From NCBI GenBank assembly GCA_963733295.1, contig CAVTCS010000003.1, forward strand, positions 224,001-288,000: DNA of 64,000 nt, read 5' to 3'. The position numbers and the translations under genes were made by a program. This document shows positions 40,669-49,588 of this stretch, piece after piece. The DNA is from Vulcanimicrobiota bacterium (GTDB lineage: Bacteria > Vulcanimicrobiota > Vulcanimicrobiia > Vulcanimicrobiales > Vulcanimicrobiaceae). A model generated the notes under the pieces. That model saw nothing but the letters and a program-made list of their open reading frames with translations. It was not told where the DNA came from and did not search any database. Position 1 is the stretch's first letter. Each line of letters opens with the position of its first letter.

Positions 40669-41484
40669 TTGAAAGACGAAGACGGGCTCGCGACGTACCG
40701 TGCCGTCGTCGAATACGACGGCACGGACTTCTGCGGGTTTCAGTTTCAGCCCGAAATGCGGACGATAGCGGGAGAACTCGAGCGGGTTCTCTCGCGGCTT
40801 TTCGACCGTTCCGTCAAGGTTACGGCGGCTGGCCGAACCGACGCGGGCGTGCATGCGGTCGGACAGGTGATCTCGTTCGTGTCGCACGCTGCGTTTCCGG
40901 TCGAGAAACTCGGCATCGCGCTCAACAGCGCTTTGCCCTCCGACCTTTCGGCGCGCGACGCGGCGCGCGTTGAGGATGGGTTCTCGGCGCGCCTCTCGGC
41001 GCTCGAGCGGCACTACACCTACCTCGTCTTCAACCGGCGCGAACCCGCTGCGACGATGCGGCGCTGGTCGCACTTCGAGCACCGTACGCTCGACCTCGAC
41101 GCGATGCGCGAGGCCGCGCGCTATTTCATCGGCACCCACGACTTCGTGACGTTCTGCGGGATGCTGCCGGAACGGGGCGGCACGACCCGTACGCTCGCGA
41201 CGCTCGACATCGAGCGCGAGGGCGACCTCGTGCGCTTCGATTTTCGCGGCAAGGGATTCTTGCACCGGATGGTGCGCATCCTTACCGGCACGCTTCTGGA
41301 GATCGGGAGCGGCCGGCGCGCCGCCGGCGCAGCTCCGGCGATGCTCGCCGCGCGCGATCGGCGCGAGGCTGGACTCACCGCCCCGCCGCAAGGGCTCTTT
41401 CTGGTCGGCGTTCGCTATCCGGACTTTTCGTCGGAACCGCTGGCCGGTTTCACTTATCCTGGGTCCAGCGTCGCGGGCGCTTGA
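40669..41484 (+). CDS. truA: tRNA pseudouridine(38-40) synthase
   Basis: EYDGTDFCGFQ, AGRTDAGVHA, GFLHRMVR, TAPPQGLFL. Confidence 0.96.
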   Translation: MKDEDGLATYRAVVEYDGTDFCGFQFQPEMRTIAGELERVLSRLFDRSVKVTAAGRTDAGVHAVGQVISFVSHAAFPVEKLGIALNSALPSDLSARDAARVEDGFSARLSALERHYTYLVFNRREPAATMRRWSHFEHRTLDLDAMREAARYFIGTHDFVTFCGMLPERGGTTRTLATLDIEREGDLVRFDFRGKGFLHRMVRILTGTLLEIGSGRRAAGAAPAMLAARDRREAGLTAPPQGLFLVGVRYPDFSSEPLAGFTYPGSSVAGA

Positions 41485-41638
41485 CCAGCTCGCCTCCGCA
41501 GTTTTGGCAGATGCGCCCCAGCGCCCCCGCGCACGCCTCGCAGAACGTGCACTCGTGGCTGCAGATGAACGCGGGGCCATCGAGTTGCAACCCCGCCTCG
41601 TTGCAGCGTTCGCAGACGGTCCGCATCTCGAGGCTCAT
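41450..41638 (-). CDS. DUF1272-like small Cys-rich protein
   Basis: LEMRTVCERC..AFICSHECTFCEAC..CQNCGGELVKRPRR. Confidence 0.85.
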   Translation of the reverse strand: MSLEMRTVCERCNEAGLQLDGPAFICSHECTFCEACAGALGRICQNCGGELVKRPRRWTQDK

Positions 41639-41729
41639 GCTCCCCACCCTTGACCGTGCGCGCCAGGATTCCGCCCCGCTCTCGTGCCGGCCCCGCGATG
41701 CGGGGCGACGCCGGACTGGGTAAGCGAGC

Positions 41730-41922
41730 TCCTTGGCGCTCGGAGATCCCCAGCCGGACGCCGGCCTGGACCTGGGTGATGCTCTTGGTGGCGAGATTGG
41801 CCATGGTCTGGAGGCGGCTCAGCTCGGCTTGGCTCATCGGTAAGGGCTCCATGCACCCCGCACCCGGCCAACCGGACATCTGTACTTGGGAGAAAACCGG
41901 ACATCTCTACTTGGGCCCTATA
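41730..41922 (-). mobile_element. Truncated IS remnant (IS1202/ISNCY-like): left end plus the first ~40 transposase codons
   Basis: MSQAELSRLQTMANLATKSITQVQAGVRLGISERQ HTH start; subterminal 21-bp direct repeats at 41870-41890 and 41895-41915 (20/21 identical). Confidence 0.7.
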
Positions 41923-41939
41923 GAGCACACACAGTCGCA

Positions 41940-41968
41940 TTGACACGGCTGGCGCCCTCCGGTAGAAT
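41940..41968 (+). promoter_or_regulatory. Sigma70 promoter of rplM-rpsI
   Basis: TTGACA-N17-TAGAAT. Confidence 0.85.
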
Positions 41969-42035
41969 TCGGGGGTTGTCGGCCCGGGAACCGGGCGGCA
42001 TTTCTTTGGTTTCGCTCCCAGCTCGAAAAGGCCGA

Positions 42036-42461
42036 ATGCGCACCTTCCAACAGAAAACGGCTGAGACTCAGCACGATTGGTACGTCGTCGACGCGGCGGG
42101 CCAGCGCTTGGGTACCTTGGCCGTGCGCATCGCGCGGACGCTCGCGGGCAAGAATAAGCCGACCTGGACGCCACACATCGACGACGGCGACCACGTGATC
42201 GTGCTGAACGCCGCCAAGGTCGAACTCGGCGGCAACAAGTGGCAGCAGAAGGTCTATCACCGCCATAGCGGCTACCCCGGCGGTCTGCGGACCGAGACCG
42301 CAGCCGACTTGCAGAAGAAGTATCCGGAGCGCCTGATCGAGCGCGCGGTGCGCGGCATGCTGCCGACAAACAAGACGCGCGACGTGCAGTTGCGCCGCCT
42401 CAAAGTGTACGCCGGCGCGGAGCATCCGCACGCGCCGCAACAGCCCAAGGAGCTCGCCTAG
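42036..42461 (+). CDS. rplM: 50S ribosomal protein L13
   Basis: WYVVDA, GKNKPTWTPHIDDGDHV, HSGYPGG, AVRGMLP, HPHAPQQP. Confidence 0.98.
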   Translation: MRTFQQKTAETQHDWYVVDAAGQRLGTLAVRIARTLAGKNKPTWTPHIDDGDHVIVLNAAKVELGGNKWQQKVYHRHSGYPGGLRTETAADLQKKYPERLIERAVRGMLPTNKTRDVQLRRLKVYAGAEHPHAPQQPKELA

Positions 42462-42857
42462 TTGGAATCGACCGAACAGTTCGCCGGGACCGGCCGCCGC
42501 AAGCGCGCAATCGCGCGCGTAAGAATCGAGCTGGGTCAGGGCCTGATAACGGTCAACCAGAAACCGGTCGACGCATACTTCACGCGCCCGACGCTCCTGC
42601 AGATCATCCGCCAGCCGCTCGAGGTGACGCAAACCGGCTCGCGCTTCGACGTTCACGCGAAGACGATCGGCGGCGGCATGTCGGGTCAAGCCGGCGCGGT
42701 TCGCCACGGCATCGCGCGCGCGCTGATCGACATGGACGAGTCGCTCCGCGAGCCGCTGCGCAAAGCCGGGCTGCTCACGCGCGACCCGCGCGAAAAAGAG
42801 TCGAAAAAGTACGGACGCAAGCGCGCCCGCAAGCGGTTCCAGTTCTCTAAGCGCTAA
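42462..42857 (+). CDS. rpsI: 30S ribosomal protein S9
   Basis: [43 protein letters not shown]. Confidence 0.98.
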   Translation: MESTEQFAGTGRRKRAIARVRIELGQGLITVNQKPVDAYFTRPTLLQIIRQPLEVTQTGSRFDVHAKTIGGGMSGQAGAVRHGIARALIDMDESLREPLRKAGLLTRDPREKESKKYGRKRARKRFQFSKR

Positions 42858-42884
42858 TTCGCGAGGACGAAGCTTGGCGCGAGG

Positions 42885-44519
42885 CTAGGCTTCGGAGAAG
42901 ATCGCGTAGGCCGTGACGAGTTCGGTGCGCCCTTTGACGCGCGCCGAGAGCTTGTGAACTTGACGCGAGATCGATCCCGCGCTGCGGAAGGTCTCTTCGT
43001 CGCAGTAGATGCATCCGGGCGGCGCCGCGCTCTGGAGGCCGTTCGCTAAGTTCACCGCGTCGCCGATCACCGTATAATCCATGCGCTGCGCGCTTCCGAA
43101 GTGTCCGGCGACCACGTCACCGGTCGCAAGACCGACCGAAATCTCGAGCGGATAGGCGATGCGCGGACCCAGCTCGCGCACGACCTGGTGGAGGCGGATG
43201 GCCGCAGCGACGGCGCGCCCGGCGTCGTCCCCACGCACGCGGGGCGGCCCAAAAACCGCCATCAAACCGTCGCCGTAGAATTTGTCGAGCAGCCCGTCGT
43301 GCTCGAAAACGATGCGCACGGCCGCTTCGAAGTAGCCGTTGAGGATTTCTACGACGCGCTCCGGAGAAAGCGTCGCCGCGAGCGCGGTGAAGCCGCGGAC
43401 GTCGGCAAAGAGCATCGTCGCCCGCTTGCGCTCGCCGCCCAAGCGGATCGACGAGGGATCGTGCATGAGCGACTGCACGACGTGCGGCGCTAAGTAACGG
43501 GAGAACGACTCTTCGATCTTGCGTTGCGAGGTCACGTCGGTCACCAGCACGGCCGCGCCGGTTCCATCGTTCATCTGCAGCGGTGCGAGACGGATCTCGA
43601 GTACGAGTTCGCTGCCGTTGCCCTTGTGCGCTTCGACTTCCGCGCGTAGCGACACCGCTCCGCTGGCGAAGAACGTCTCGAGGAGGTCGTCGAAATCGGG
43701 CAGGTAAGCCGTTAGCGCCGCGCTTCCGCAGCCGATCATTTCGTCGGCCTGCGTCCCGAACGTCGCTTCGGCGGCACGATTGAAGGTCGTGATCTTGCGC
43801 GCGGCCGAGAGGGTGATGACGCCGCTCGCGATCGCTTCCAGCAAGTGAGCTTGAAAGGCTTGCAGCTCGGAGATCCGTTCCAAACGGCTGCGTTCGTCGG
43901 CGAAGAGTCGCGCGTTCTCGATTGCCAGTGCAGCTTGCAGCGCGAAGGCTACCAGCAGTTCGCGGTCGCCCGGCTTGAAAAGTCCCGGCAAGACGCGCGA
44001 GTCGAGGTAGACTGCGCCGATGACCACATCGCGGACCAGCAGCGGCACGCAAGCGATCGAACGCAGGTGCAGGGTGACGATCGAGCGGTGCGCGTTCCAA
44101 TCCGGATCGCTCTGCGCGTCGGTCGTGAAAACGGGCTCGCCGGTCTCCAAAACTCGCGCAACGATCGCTTGCGCCGGTTCGTCGAGAGTCCCCTCGGGCC
44201 GCGACGGGTCGTGGGCCGCGGCAACGCGCCGGCCTTCGCGGAAAATCAAGTACCCGCGCTCGGCGTTCATCACGTCGACCGCGAGGGCCAGAACCGACCT
44301 GAGCACTTCGTCGAGTTCGAGCGACGAGTTGACGATCTGCGCCGCGCGCGCGAGCCGCCGCTGCTTACGCTCGGCGACCGGGTCGAGGCGCGCCGCGATC
44401 ACTTCCAGCGCCCGCGAAGCGGCAGAGTCGTCGCGGATGGCCGCGTTCGAAGAGAGCGTCGCGAATGCGTCGGTGAGAACGCGCTCGTCGCTCGGCTCGG
44501 GCTGCCCCCGGGGGTGCAT
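42885..44519 (-). CDS. GAF-PAS-class III adenylate/guanylate cyclase
   Basis: GAF (LRSIACVPL..IGAVYLDS), PAS (FNRAAEATFG), cyclase FADVRGFT, DKFYGDGLMAVFG, YTVIGDAVN. Confidence 0.9.
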   Translation of the reverse strand: MHPRGQPEPSDERVLTDAFATLSSNAAIRDDSAASRALEVIAARLDPVAERKQRRLARAAQIVNSSLELDEVLRSVLALAVDVMNAERGYLIFREGRRVAAAHDPSRPEGTLDEPAQAIVARVLETGEPVFTTDAQSDPDWNAHRSIVTLHLRSIACVPLLVRDVVIGAVYLDSRVLPGLFKPGDRELLVAFALQAALAIENARLFADERSRLERISELQAFQAHLLEAIASGVITLSAARKITTFNRAAEATFGTQADEMIGCGSAALTAYLPDFDDLLETFFASGAVSLRAEVEAHKGNGSELVLEIRLAPLQMNDGTGAAVLVTDVTSQRKIEESFSRYLAPHVVQSLMHDPSSIRLGGERKRATMLFADVRGFTALAATLSPERVVEILNGYFEAAVRIVFEHDGLLDKFYGDGLMAVFGPPRVRGDDAGRAVAAAIRLHQVVRELGPRIAYPLEISVGLATGDVVAGHFGSAQRMDYTVIGDAVNLANGLQSAAPPGCIYCDEETFRSAGSISRQVHKLSARVKGRTELVTAYAIFSEA

Positions 44520-44527
44520 CAACTCAC

Positions 44528-44995
44528 TCAATAGCTATAGTACAGGCAGCAATAGTCGACCATGTAGCCGGCGTCGTTCTGCCAGTGAGGAGTGAATTCG
44601 AACTTGGCGACCGAGACCTTGTTAGGTACGAGAAAAGATACGTCAACCCGTTGCGACTGGCTGGGCCCAACGATGCCCGCCTCGCTCAGATCGACCGCGT
44701 TGTAACCGGGTCGAACCACCGGGTAGTAGACCGTTTCGCCGACGAGCAGATGGAAGTCATGCGGCCGGAACGTCTGCGCGAAGAGACGTGAGGGGTTGAC
44801 GATGAGTAGGCCGGGAACGGTCACGTACTGCATGTCCTCGTTGGCCGCGGTGGTCTGTGCGAGGTCGGCGTTGATGTTATAGGGTAGGAGGACCCGCACC
44901 GAACCGGTGTTCGCTAGAGCGGGCCCGGAAACGACGAGAGCGGGCACTGAAACGAGGAGTAGGGCGAACCGTATCCCTCGTGACAGGAAGTGCAT
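44528..44995 (-). CDS. Secreted hypothetical protein
   Basis: Signal peptide (..GPALA-N); GAGGAG RBS; C-terminal YCCLYYSY. Confidence 0.65.
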   Translation of the reverse strand: MHFLSRGIRFALLLVSVPALVVSGPALANTGSVRVLLPYNINADLAQTTAANEDMQYVTVPGLLIVNPSRLFAQTFRPHDFHLLVGETVYYPVVRPGYNAVDLSEAGIVGPSQSQRVDVSFLVPNKVSVAKFEFTPHWQNDAGYMVDYCCLYYSY

Positions 44996-45133
44996 TGCTC
45001 CTCACTTCTTTCGGCTAGCTGAGAAGGTAATGTTAACGGTCAAGCGCATAGCGGCGTTGACGTCTGTTGATATCTGGCGCTCATCGGGCGTGCGATTGGT
45101 CACGGGTCCCCGGCCGCCAGCGGCTGCCGGAAG

Positions 45134-46573
45134 GTGCTCTTCCCTATTCGCAGGAGACTCCCCCATGCAGTCCCCTTTCCCAACGGGGTGAAAGACCGGG
45201 TCGTCGCTTTCGAGCCGGCACCGGCTCCCTTCGAAAGTGCGCTAACGGACTACCGGGCTGCCCGGTTCAACGACTGCATTCGCAGCCTCCGGGGCCACCA
45301 GACGCTGCCGGAACGGGTCCTGCGGGCCCGGGCTCTCCTTCGGCTGACCCGCTACGAGGAAGCTTCGGAGAGCCTCAAGACCGTCCCCCAGTCCAGCGAG
45401 GTCTCCCACCAGCTGCGAGCGAGCGCCCTCGTCGTCCGCGCGGCCGTCGCGACGCTTTTGGGGCGCTTTTCGCGCGCGGACGAGGACCTCGCCGCGGCCC
45501 GGCTCCACGTCTATTCGGCCCCATCCCCCGCGCTCGAAGCGGAGTTCGAATACTACAGCGCCATGTTGCGCTGGGTCCAGGGCGATTTTGCGGCCGGCGA
45601 GACCGGAGCCCGGCGCGTTCTCGACATCGAGAACTCGGGACCACCGCCGTACGAGGGCAGCACCCCGGCGCTCGCCGCAAGCCGCGCGCGGGCGGTGATG
45701 ATTCTCGGATACGAGGTAGCACGCGAGGGGCGCTTCCGGGCGTACGTCGACTTGCTGCTGCACGCGCTGGCCGAACTGGATTGCGGCGAAGACCCGGATC
45801 CGTACCTCGAGGCGGTCTTACTGCGCGACCTCGCATTCGGGGCGCGCGAACTCGATCTGCCGACCGTGGCCTCGGTGGTCCGCGAACGCGCGGAAGTCTT
45901 GCCTTGGACCTCCGAACTCGACGAGCAGCACGCGCACGTGCAGCGTTCGCTTGCCTGGTGCGCCGCACTCGCCGGCGATCATCTCGGTGCGCTGCGCAAT
46001 CTGCGGCTCTCAGCGGAGATCGCGCCGGCTCCGACTTGGAAGCTCCTGGCGCTGCTGGAACGTTCGTACCTAGCGCGCGAACTCGATCAGCTGATCCTAG
46101 CCGAGGAAGAGCTGCGGCTCGCGCAAGATTTGAGTTCGACGATCGATTGGGAAGGAACCAAGGGAGAGGAAAGCTTCGGATTGTTGCACCTTGCGTTGCT
46201 GACCGCCGAGCGCGATCCGGCGGCCGCGCAGTCGTGGCTCGCGCGCTACGACTCGCTGCATCAAAATTCGTCGCCGTTGTTGCTCGGCCGGCCCGACCCG
46301 CGGGCCCGGGCGCTCGAACTCTACGCGCGCGGCAGCGTCGCGGAAGCGGAGGGTCTCGCGTCGCACGCGGTCGCGCTTTACACCGACGCGTTCGAATTGT
46401 GGGATCGCTTGGGCTGTTCGTGGCGTGCGGCGCTCGCCGCTTCGCGCCTGGCGCGGACGACCGGGGCCGCGTCGTTCGTCGAATACGAGGAGCAGGCGGT
46501 TCGCCGGCGACCGGAATCGTGGCTCGCCTTGCAGTACGCGCGCTCGCGGCCGACTTTCCCGATCGTCCCTTAG
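45134..46573 (+). CDS. All-helical TPR-like hypothetical protein
   Basis: Repeated Ala/Leu/Arg amphipathic helix pairs over ~460 aa; start uncertain. Confidence 0.65.
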   Translation: MLFPIRRRLPHAVPFPNGVKDRVVAFEPAPAPFESALTDYRAARFNDCIRSLRGHQTLPERVLRARALLRLTRYEEASESLKTVPQSSEVSHQLRASALVVRAAVATLLGRFSRADEDLAAARLHVYSAPSPALEAEFEYYSAMLRWVQGDFAAGETGARRVLDIENSGPPPYEGSTPALAASRARAVMILGYEVAREGRFRAYVDLLLHALAELDCGEDPDPYLEAVLLRDLAFGARELDLPTVASVVRERAEVLPWTSELDEQHAHVQRSLAWCAALAGDHLGALRNLRLSAEIAPAPTWKLLALLERSYLARELDQLILAEEELRLAQDLSSTIDWEGTKGEESFGLLHLALLTAERDPAAAQSWLARYDSLHQNSSPLLLGRPDPRARALELYARGSVAEAEGLASHAVALYTDAFELWDRLGCSWRAALAASRLARTTGAASFVEYEEQAVRRRPESWLALQYARSRPTFPIVP

Positions 46574-46574
46574 T

Positions 46575-46602
46575 TCACGCAGCCGCAAGATCCCGGCGAT
46601 AC
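46575..46602 (+). promoter_or_regulatory. Possible sigma28-like promoter before mini-flgB
   Basis: TCACG-N15-GGCGATAC. Confidence 0.3.
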
Positions 46603-46622
46603 GCGCGGACTACCCTTCGCAG

Positions 46623-46838
46623 ATGGAGATGCTTCCGGGAGAACTGACCGGCGCGGCAGGTGAGGCACGCGAACGCTTCGCGCGACTTGCGTTGCGTACT
46701 GCCGAAGCGAACGTGACGCCACACGGAGCCCAGCCGGCCAGCGCGATGGCGGCCGCCGCCCGCGAAGCGATTTTCACCGACGCGCTGCTCGGGGCGCTGC
46801 GCGCCAGACTCGAAGAACTGAAGAACGTCGCGAAGTAA
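46623..46838 (+). CDS. Miniature FlgB-like proximal rod protein (71 aa)
   Basis: ANVTP resembles FlgB AN.DTP; C-terminal AMAAAAREAIFTDALLGALRARLEELKNV fits the FlgB terminal helix pattern. Confidence 0.55.
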   Translation: MEMLPGELTGAAGEARERFARLALRTAEANVTPHGAQPASAMAAAAREAIFTDALLGALRARLEELKNVAK

Positions 46839-46866
46839 AGCGCCGGCGCATCGCTAAGGTTCCAGC

Positions 46867-47202
46867 GTGAGCCAGAGGTTCGTCGGTGAAGCGATCGCGC
46901 CCGGCGGCGACTTCGACGTCGCGACGATGGCGCGCGGCGAACCGGGTCTTCCCGGTCATTTTGTCTGGCGCGATGAAACGTTACGCGTCGTCGCGCTGCG
47001 TCGCACTTGGCGCTCGACGAAGACCGACCGGGGCGACGTTTACGTCAAGCGGCACTGGTTCGAGATATCGCTCGCCGACGGAAGAAGCGCCGTCGTCTAT
47101 TTCGAACGGCAAGCGCGTCGCGGCGCGTCGCGCTGGTGGTTATATACGATCGCCGATGAAGACGGGGATGCCGGACCGCCGGCGCGGAAACGCGTGGAAT
47201 GA
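46867..47202 (+). CDS. Hypothetical protein (DUF6504-like)
   Basis: PGHFVWRDETLRVV..TW..HWFEI..WWLYTI pattern. Confidence 0.6.
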   Translation: MSQRFVGEAIAPGGDFDVATMARGEPGLPGHFVWRDETLRVVALRRTWRSTKTDRGDVYVKRHWFEISLADGRSAVVYFERQARRGASRWWLYTIADEDGDAGPPARKRVE

Positions 47203-47654
47203 AACGCATCGCACTGCTCTGCGCGGCGCTCGCTCTACTCGGAGCGAGCGATCCTCAAAACGACGGAAAGTACTTCGTTGGGAAGTGGACGTGTGGTGGC
47301 GTGCCGTGGAGCTTCGCGCCGCTGCTCGCCGGCAGCAGCTGGATCGAGATCTCGTACGGTCGCGCCGGCAACCCGGACGGAACGGCGGTCATGGGATACG
47401 TCACCGGCCTCGGCACTTGGGTCTATCGCGACTTTCACGCCGACGGCAGCTACGCGGACCTGACCTCCCCGGGACTCGTCGACGGGCGATGGGTCTGGAG
47501 CGGACCGTATTATCGCGCGGCCGGCGGTCCGGCTTTGAACGGGCGGATAACGTACGTCGAAGTCGACGCCGCACACTACGATCGCATCTTCGAGTCTCTC
47601 GAGAGCGGTGTTTACGTCAAGCACGGCAACGATTCGTGCATGAAATCACCGTAA
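47199..47654 (+). CDS. Secreted hypothetical protein
   Basis: Signal peptide MKRIALLCAALALLGA; YFVGKWTC and a C-terminal Cys. Confidence 0.65.
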   Translation: MKRIALLCAALALLGASDPQNDGKYFVGKWTCGGVPWSFAPLLAGSSWIEISYGRAGNPDGTAVMGYVTGLGTWVYRDFHADGSYADLTSPGLVDGRWVWSGPYYRAAGGPALNGRITYVEVDAAHYDRIFESLESGVYVKHGNDSCMKSP

Positions 47655-48757
47655 GCGCGCGTCGATCCCGGGCCGTTGCATTCGCGCTCGGCTTGTGCTG
47701 GGGGCTTTCCCTCACGACCGTACCAGCGACCGCACAAACGCTGAACGATGCGCTCGATCACGGGTGCGCGATCTCGGATTTCAAGACCGACGGGAGTATT
47801 GGGGCGCGCTATAATGCCGCCACCAAAACGCTCGCGTACGGGCGGCCGGCCGCCGACGGCCACTTTCACGCGTACTTGTCGGAAGCCGACGGCAGCAACG
47901 AGCGGCGTCTGACGTATTCGGGATGGCCGGAGAACCGCCATCAGTTCGTCGTCGAGTGGGAACCCAAAGGCCGCTACTTATTCGTGGAAGTGGAAAAGAC
48001 CGAGCACCGGGGATCGTCGCGAGATGCGATTCCCGGTTACGGTGCGTACACCGACTTGTGGTTGGTTTCGCGCGACGGCAAAGAGGCCTGGAAGCTGGTC
48101 GACCTGCCCAACGACTACGACCACGCGTTGACGCATGCGGCGATCACGGCGGACGGCACGCAACTCACCTGGACCGAACGCGTCAAGCGGCCGAATCTCT
48201 TCGACGCGAACCTCTGGGCGGGCGCGTACGTGTTCAACGTCGCCGACTTCAAGCTCGATCCCACCCCGCATCTGGAAAACATTCACGCCTTCACGCCGGG
48301 CGGCCGTCCCGCGGGAGGGGAGGTCGACGGCATCCTGTCCGACGGTCCGACGCTCGCGTTCTACAGCACGTACAAAACGCGGAATCTCTTCGCCACGCGA
48401 ATTTACACGTGGAACCTGACGAGCGGCGCGATCGCGGAGCTTTCAACGGACAGCTTCGCGCAGGCGCCTCGCTATACGCCCGACGGCCGAAGCTTGGTGT
48501 ACATGTCGGGCAGCGGCGCGGACATTTTCCTCGGTGAGATTCAAGGCGCGGATTGGTGGTTCGTTCGCACGGACGGGACACAACGTCGCCGCCTGACGTA
48601 TATGAACAAGCGCGGAAGCCCGCAGTCGGCCGGACACTACCGTCTCGCAGGCATCGTCTCATTCGATTCCGACCGCTCGTTCTACGGCGACGTTCTGCTA
48701 AAACCGCTCGGCCTGAGCGGAAAGATCGTCACGGTTCGCTGCAACGAGCCGTTTTAA
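47636..48757 (+). CDS. Secreted TolB-like beta-propeller protein
   Basis: Signal-like segment; PD40-like repeats (ADGSNERRLT, PRYTPDGRSLVY, TDGTQRRRLT). Confidence 0.7.
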   Translation: MHEITVSARRSRAVAFALGLCWGLSLTTVPATAQTLNDALDHGCAISDFKTDGSIGARYNAATKTLAYGRPAADGHFHAYLSEADGSNERRLTYSGWPENRHQFVVEWEPKGRYLFVEVEKTEHRGSSRDAIPGYGAYTDLWLVSRDGKEAWKLVDLPNDYDHALTHAAITADGTQLTWTERVKRPNLFDANLWAGAYVFNVADFKLDPTPHLENIHAFTPGGRPAGGEVDGILSDGPTLAFYSTYKTRNLFATRIYTWNLTSGAIAELSTDSFAQAPRYTPDGRSLVYMSGSGADIFLGEIQGADWWFVRTDGTQRRRLTYMNKRGSPQSAGHYRLAGIVSFDSDRSFYGDVLLKPLGLSGKIVTVRCNEPF

Positions 48758-48782
48758 GGAAGTCCCGGTAACCAGTCGATAG
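48755..48782 (+). promoter_or_regulatory. Possible sigma28-like promoter before flgC
   Basis: TAAGG-N15-GTCGATAG. Confidence 0.3.
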
Positions 48783-48860
48783 AGCGTTGCCGCGGGGGCG
48801 CGCGCGAAGCGATAACGCGGCGGCCGCAGTGCGCTAACAGCCTCACCGTATCATGAAGCG

Positions 48861-49256
48861 GTGAGTGAGTTCGACATCCTCCGTGCGGCGGCGGCCGGCA
48901 TGGACGCGCAGCGCGCCGCGCTCGACGTGGCGGCGCGTAACGTCGCCGCCGCCGAAACCGTTCCCGACGGCAGCTTCGCGCGGCTTGTACCGCGCTTTCA
49001 AGTTGAGGCCGCCGCCGAGGGCAATGCGCCGGTCGATTTCGAACCGCCGGACGAGCCCGACGGCGAATCGAGCGACGACGGCGAGCAGCCTCCCGTGCGC
49101 TTCTTAGGTGCAACGCCGCAGCCGGGCAGTGAAGTCAACGCGGTGACCGAGATGGTCGCCGTTCTCGACGCGCAGCGAGCGTACGAAGCCGACGCGTCCG
49201 TTTTCGACGTCGGAAAACGGCTGGCCGAACGCACGATCGACATGGGGCGGTTGTGA
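48861..49256 (+). CDS. flgC: FlgC-like basal-body rod protein
   Basis: AAAGMDAQRAALDVAARNVAAAET N-terminus; VNAVTEMVAVLDAQRAYEADASV C-terminus. Confidence 0.85.
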   Translation: MSEFDILRAAAAGMDAQRAALDVAARNVAAAETVPDGSFARLVPRFQVEAAAEGNAPVDFEPPDEPDGESSDDGEQPPVRFLGATPQPGSEVNAVTEMVAVLDAQRAYEADASVFDVGKRLAERTIDMGRL

Positions 49257-49588
49257 CCGTCACGCCGCTTGAGGGTTTGCCGCCGGGGATCGCGCCGCCC
49301 GTGCCGGACCTCGACGTGCCGGCGACGCCCGATGCTGCGCCGCCGCCGATTTCGAGTGCTCGCCCCGGCGAAGGTTCTTTCGGTGCGCAACTGCTCGAGG
49401 CGCTCGATGCCGCCGGAAACGTGCTCGGCCGCGCCGACGCCGCCGAACGCGCCTTCGCTCGCGGACGCGGCGGGTTACAAGAGATGGTGCTCGAGCGCGC
49501 GCAGGCCGACGTCGTTCTTTCCGTTGCGAGCGCGGCCGCGTCGCGCGTGGCTCAAGCTCTCACCACGCTGCTCGGCATGCAAGTGTGA
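49253..49588 (+). CDS. fliE: FliE-like hook-basal body protein
   Basis: SFGAQLLEALD..ADAAERAFARG..LQEMVL..ALTTLLGMQV; lies between flgC and fliF. Confidence 0.8.
   Translation: MTVTPLEGLPPGIAPPVPDLDVPATPDAAPPPISSARPGEGSFGAQLLEALDAAGNVLGRADAAERAFARGRGGLQEMVLERAQADVVLSVASAAASRVAQALTTLLGMQV

Noticed and set aside
41870..41915. Direct repeats as a mini CRISPR array
   Set aside because: Only two 21-bp copies 4 bp apart, no cas genes; they fit IS subterminal repeats
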